Positions 60,101 to 64,000 of a stretch of 64,000 bases of DNA are shown here, in pieces. Position 1 is the first letter of the stretch; each line of letters begins with the position of its first letter. Position numbers and translations under genes: made by a program. This DNA comes from Sphyrna mokarran. Taxonomy: Eukaryota. Location: positions 91,760,001 to 91,824,000 of the forward strand of contig JAGIQG010000009.1 of assembly GCA_024679065.1 (NCBI GenBank). Reading direction: 5' to 3'. The notes beneath the pieces are model-generated. The model saw nothing but the letters and a program-made list of their open reading frames with translations, was not told the DNA's origin and ran no database searches.

Positions 60101-61030
60101 CAATGTCTTAGTCTGGCAGAGGCCACCAAACCAGACATTTGGAAATGGGAGGATTGATTTTTGTTATAACATTCAGACACAGCTGGGATGTCCAAAGATC
60201 ATTGAAACAATAATCTACTGGTGCAATTAAAACCTCACACTGATTGGATATTATAATTAAACAAGTATACGCTGATTGGGATTGATTTTAATAACTGTAT
60301 CTTATGCATGATAACAGTGGGTGGGTAGAGATAACTCCTATACTTTGATTGATATATGGTAATTATTTGTAATCAAATTTGAATCCATACTCTATTCTCA
60401 GTACTCAGACTGGCTTTAATGGTTTAATAAGGGTCCTTGTAGTTCTAGTCTTCAATAAATCATTTTAAACCACTCTGTCATTTTGTCTGGCTACTTGAGG
60501 AAAATGATAGTTATAACTACATTAACAAGTGAAGCATCATAGAAGCAACAGGTTTGGCCCTATTATAAAATGCTATTTACAATCACATCAACAGTTGGGG
60601 ATTGGGTTTTAAAGAGTCACCTTGAGAAAGGAGACACTGTCTTGCTGCTTGATGTCCACATAAAGATTCAATATCTTCTCCTCAACTGAAGTCAGTTCCT
60701 CTTCAATCCTTCTCAGATTCTCCTCCATTGCTCGCAGATCTTCCTCCTTTTGTTTCCTCAGTTCTTTGATTAGATGTTTCTCTTTGTCTTCAAGATATCG
60801 ATGGATTTTGGCAAATTCTGCAGAGATGTCTTGCTCCAGGGATCTACTGAGTTGCTAAGACAGTGAGACAGATTGTTTAAAACAGTGTGTTGTTAAAGGG
60901 TTTCAGTGTTGAAAGGTACTAAAGTCATACTCACCTCTAGTTCTGAGATCGCCCTCTGCTGCTGCTGTTTGAATTCACTTTGATTTTTCTTTTTATTCTC
61001 CATGAAATCTAAGGGTAGCTTCAGCTTCTC
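53670..61030 (-). CDS. TRIM protein with coiled-coil and B30.2 (PRY-SPRY) domain, 5'-partial: complement(join(53670-54199,55835-56043,56137-56159,60621-60854,60935-61030))
   Basis: Exon sizes 96/234/23/209/530 nt with phases 0/0/2/1 and GT-AG sites match the conserved TRIM-B30.2 gene architecture (96, ~231, 23 nt exons). The frame is open throughout. No RING/B-box exon was found before the window end. Confidence 0.92.
54313..54455. repeat. 66-bp tandem repeat, ~2.2 copies
   Basis: cccagactccagtgt(g/a)ta(c/t)agtgaa(t/c)agatattacagactg repeated. Confidence 0.8.
55078..55410 (-). mobile_element. tRNA-derived SINE
   Basis: Typical body and head. Confidence 0.75.
55835..56043 (-). CDS. TRIM linker exon with acidic tract
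   Basis: ttcacacAG / GTAAGA. Encodes [69 protein letters not shown]; the F.G.....VWK.M...I.P end is typical of the pre-B30.2 exon. Confidence 0.88.
56137..56159 (-). CDS. TRIM 23-nt micro-exon (ELKRLKES)
   Basis: gtcccacAG / GTGAGT; the canonical 23-nt TRIM exon, phase 0 to 2. Confidence 0.85.
58095..58760 (-). mobile_element. CR1 LINE RT fragment
   Basis: [49 protein letters not shown]. Confidence 0.9.
59080..59880 (-). mobile_element. CR1 LINE 3' fragment with (TTCTTATG)n tail
   Basis: [36 protein letters not shown]. Confidence 0.88.
60621..60854 (-). CDS. TRIM coiled-coil exon (234 nt)
   Basis: Encodes [78 protein letters not shown], with the TRIM I..EF..LH..L motif and D...FL end; AG/GT boundaries. 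Confidence 0.92.
60935..61030 (-). CDS. TRIM coiled-coil exon (96 nt) [32 protein letters not shown]
   Basis: Acceptor atttttAG, donor GTGAGT; the 96-nt size is typical of TRIM genes. Confidence 0.88.
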
Positions 61031-62049
61031 CTAAAAATAGAATCAGATCTCAGTGCGATTTATTACAATGTCTGCAAATTGTAAGGGGAGAGATGTTAAC
61101 ATGTGTTACGAGCACTTTATAGCTGGCAGAGTGAAAGGTATTCAATTTAACAACTTCAAATCAATCAATGGAATATGAAAGAGATGTGTGAGTTTAATAG
61201 GAAGGATGTTGAGATATGAAAATCTATGAGGACAGTGAGAAAATCAGTAATAAATCCAATAGTAAATTCAAGATAAATCCCTTCACATAAAAATGGTTAA
61301 CATGGAATTTACTGCCATAATGAATAGTTAAGAACATAAAAAATAGGAGCAGGAACAGACTAAACAACTCGAAAAACCTGCACCATCATTCAACGTAACT
61401 GATCTTCAGCCTCAATGCCACTTCTCTGCCTGCTCCATTGACAGCACCATCCAAGCACGCAAATGCTCCCAATCAGAAAGACAAGGGTAGCAAATACCTG
61501 GGAACACCACCACTTGGCAATTCTCCTCCAAGGCACTCATCATCCTGACTTGGAAATATATAGCTGTTCCGTCACCATCATTAGGTCAAAATCTTGGAAC
61601 CCCCTTCCAAAAGGACTGGATAGTAACTCACTGCTACCATCTCAAGGGAAGTTAAGATTGGGCAATAAATATTGGCCTAGCCAGCAATACTCATATTCCT
61701 TTAAAGATCAAGATTTTTGCCATCTCAGCGTTGAATATGCTCAATAAAGGAGCATCCACAACCCTTATAAGGTAGACATTTCCATAAACATCAGAGTGAA
61801 GTATTAATCCTCATCTCAGTCCTAAATGATTGAGCAGTTATTGCGAGAATATGCTTGTCTTCGCGATCCCAACTCTCCCCCTTCCACTTCAGGGGAACAA
61901 CCTCTTGATTTCGACAGGGACACGCTCATTCAACATCTTAAATGTTTCAGTGAGATTTCTGTATGCTAAAGCTCCAGAGAGCACAGCCCCAAATTATTTA
62001 GTCTCATTGGACAACCCTCTTGCCCCGCCTCACCTCATCTGCTCTTTAA

Positions 62050-62530
62050 ACTACATAGAGTTGCCTTTGTGAACTCCAGGATTGACTATTGCGATGTATT
62101 GCTGCCTGCTCTCTTAGATTCTACCCTCCTTAAATCTTACATCATCTGTTGCCCAACATTCTGCCACCCACATCTTAATTCAGACCAAGTGCCGTTCATC
62201 TTTCACACTGTCCTCCATTGGATTCTGGTCAAACAAAGTCTTGATTTTAACATTCTCATCTTTCTGTTCAAATCCTTCCATGGCCTCATCTGTCCCTTTC
62301 TACCAAATCTCCTCCGTCTCCTTGGAGTTATCTGTGCTCTTCCAATTCTGACCCCTTGAGTACATCCAATTTTAATACTCCCTCATAGGAGGCTGTGCCT
62401 TCTGTTGTCTCGGCTCCAAGCACTGGAATTCCCTCCCTACGCCTCTCTGTTTCTTTCCCTCACTTTCCTCTCTAAGCTACTCCTTAAAAACCTACCTCTT
62501 TGATCAAGTGTTTGATCTCGAACCTCATGT
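62050..62530 (+). mobile_element. L2-type LINE 3' fragment
   Basis: SRIDYC..LL, LHW..VKQ.LDF.IL...FKS.HGL and F...K.LLKTYLF motifs. Confidence 0.7.
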
Positions 62531-62865
62531 CACCTTACAGCAGCTGTGTATCAAACACCTTTTTTTTGCACACAATTCTAAAACCCTTTGCAGAGTCTCT
62601 GATGTGCTTGATAAATATCAGTTCAGTTCTAAATGATTTTTGATGGTTATCGGACTGAGGAAATAACAGGGTTATTTCCTCAGTCCGATTTGAAGGGATT
62701 TGGAGGGATTTGAACGGGTGAGACATTTAAATCTGTAATGTTGTAGTACTTGTTGTTCAATGAGGGAGTTAGGGGAGGAGGGGGCAGGGGTGGTAGACTA
62801 AGCATCGCCTACCTTCCTGGAGAGTGGAGTGAAAAATTGTTCATCACCAAAAATGAACAACATCA

Positions 62866-63170
62866 GCATGGGTGGCACAGTAATTAGCACTGCTGCCTTA
62901 CAGTGCCAGGGACCCTGGTTCAATTCCCAGCTTGTCTGTGTGGAGTTTGCAGTTTCTCTATGTGTCTGCATGGGTTTTCTCTGGGTGTTCAGGATTTCTC
63001 TACACTCCAAAGATGTGTGAGTTGGGTGGGTTTGCCATGATAAATTGTCTCTTAGTGTCCAGCAGGATAGCAGGGTAGATATGTGGGGTTACAGGAACAG
63101 GGCCTAGAGGGATTGTGGTCAGTGCAGGCTCAATGGGTTGAATGGCCTCCTTCTGCATTGTGGGAATTGT
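62866..63170 (+). mobile_element. tRNA-derived SINE
   Basis: ggtggcacagtaattagcactgctgcc...ggttcaattccc head; CR1-type tail. Confidence 0.78.
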
Positions 63171-63581
63171 GTGAATCTCTGACCTGGGATTCTATGATTT
63201 GATCACCTCAGTTAAAGCTACATTGTATAACAGTTTAGTGGTCTGTAATAAAGGAAACTTAGTTAATGTTGTATTACACTACATTAATAGTGCAACACAG
63301 TCTGTAATAAAGGGAAATTATTTAAAGCTACATTACACAACAGCTAGCATTACTTATCCTCCAGGATTATCCTGGAGTTCATCCAGGATTAAAGTTTAAT
63401 CTCTTTTTTTAAGTTTATTTATTAATACCACAAGTAGGCTTACATTGACACTGCAATGAAGTTACTGTGAAAATTCCTAGTTGTCACACTCCTGTGCTTG
63501 TTTGGATACACAGAGAGAATTTAGTATGGCTGATGCACCTAACCAGCATGTTTTTTGGGCTGTGGGAGGAAATCAGAGCAC

Positions 63582-63796
63582 AGTAAAGTTTCACAACACC
63601 AATTTTAAATCCAACCAATTTTTGATAGTAAATTCGTGAGCTTTCGACACTATGTGCCTTTGTCAGGCAAATGCAGTGTTAAGGCACATAGTGTCGAAAG
63701 CTCGCGAATTTACTATCAAAAATTGGTTGGATTTAAAATTGGTGTTGTGAAACTTTACTGAGTTTACCCCAGTCCAATGCCGGCATCTCTACATCA
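63582..63796. mobile_element. Palindromic Penelope-like element with hammerhead halves, inserted in a minus-strand SINE (~63405-63900)
   Basis: Inverted arms of ~80 bp; TSD-like aatcagagcac/aaccagaacac. Confidence 0.82.
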
Positions 63797-64000
63797 AACC
63801 AGAACACCCAGAGGAAACGCATGCAGAGACGGGGAGAATGTGTAGGCTCCACATAGGCAGTCATTCAAACTGAGAATTGAACCTGTGAGTTTGGTGCTCT
63901 GCAGGACTGTATCAGCAATCGACTGAGAACTATTTAAGAAAGGCATAATTTTACAAAAAAAATTCATGTGTTTTTTATTTTTCACACATTTGTTTAAGGT

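Noticed and set aside
10796-63170. tRNA-like A/B box sequences
   Set aside because: These are SINE heads, not cloverleaf tRNA genes.

Overview
Eukaryotic DNA, most likely from a cartilaginous fish (shark): it carries HE1-type tRNA SINEs, CR1, Tx1 and Penelope retroelements, a 33-bp satellite and several N gaps. Two spliced genes, only partly visible in the ORF track, can be rebuilt from splice sites and phases. (1) + strand: a complete, very divergent MHC class I heavy-chain gene (leader 9685-9763, alpha1 14903-15151, alpha2 33349-33618, alpha3 35900-36163, terminal hydrophobic exon 39738-39823; 948 nt, 315 aa, all coding introns phase 1). It has lost most peptide-anchoring residues, has an extra Cys pair in alpha2 and a GC-AG intron, and ends in a hydrophobic tail with no cytoplasmic domain (GPI-signal-like). 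A ~13 kb polypyrimidine satellite fills intron 2, and a minisatellite with ~29 AATAAA signals sits in intron 4. (2) - strand, convergent: the 3' five exons of a TRIM (coiled-coil + B30.2/PRY-SPRY) gene with an acidic linker; its RING/B-box exon lies beyond the window. Other notable items are four Penelope-derived inserts (three palindromic) carrying minimal hammerhead ribozyme motifs, a CR1 family whose 3' end is a structured RNA segment plus a whole SINE, and an ERV LTR with a tRNA-Pro primer site. The very long ORFs in the track are satellite or gap artefacts. Repeat boundaries are approximate.
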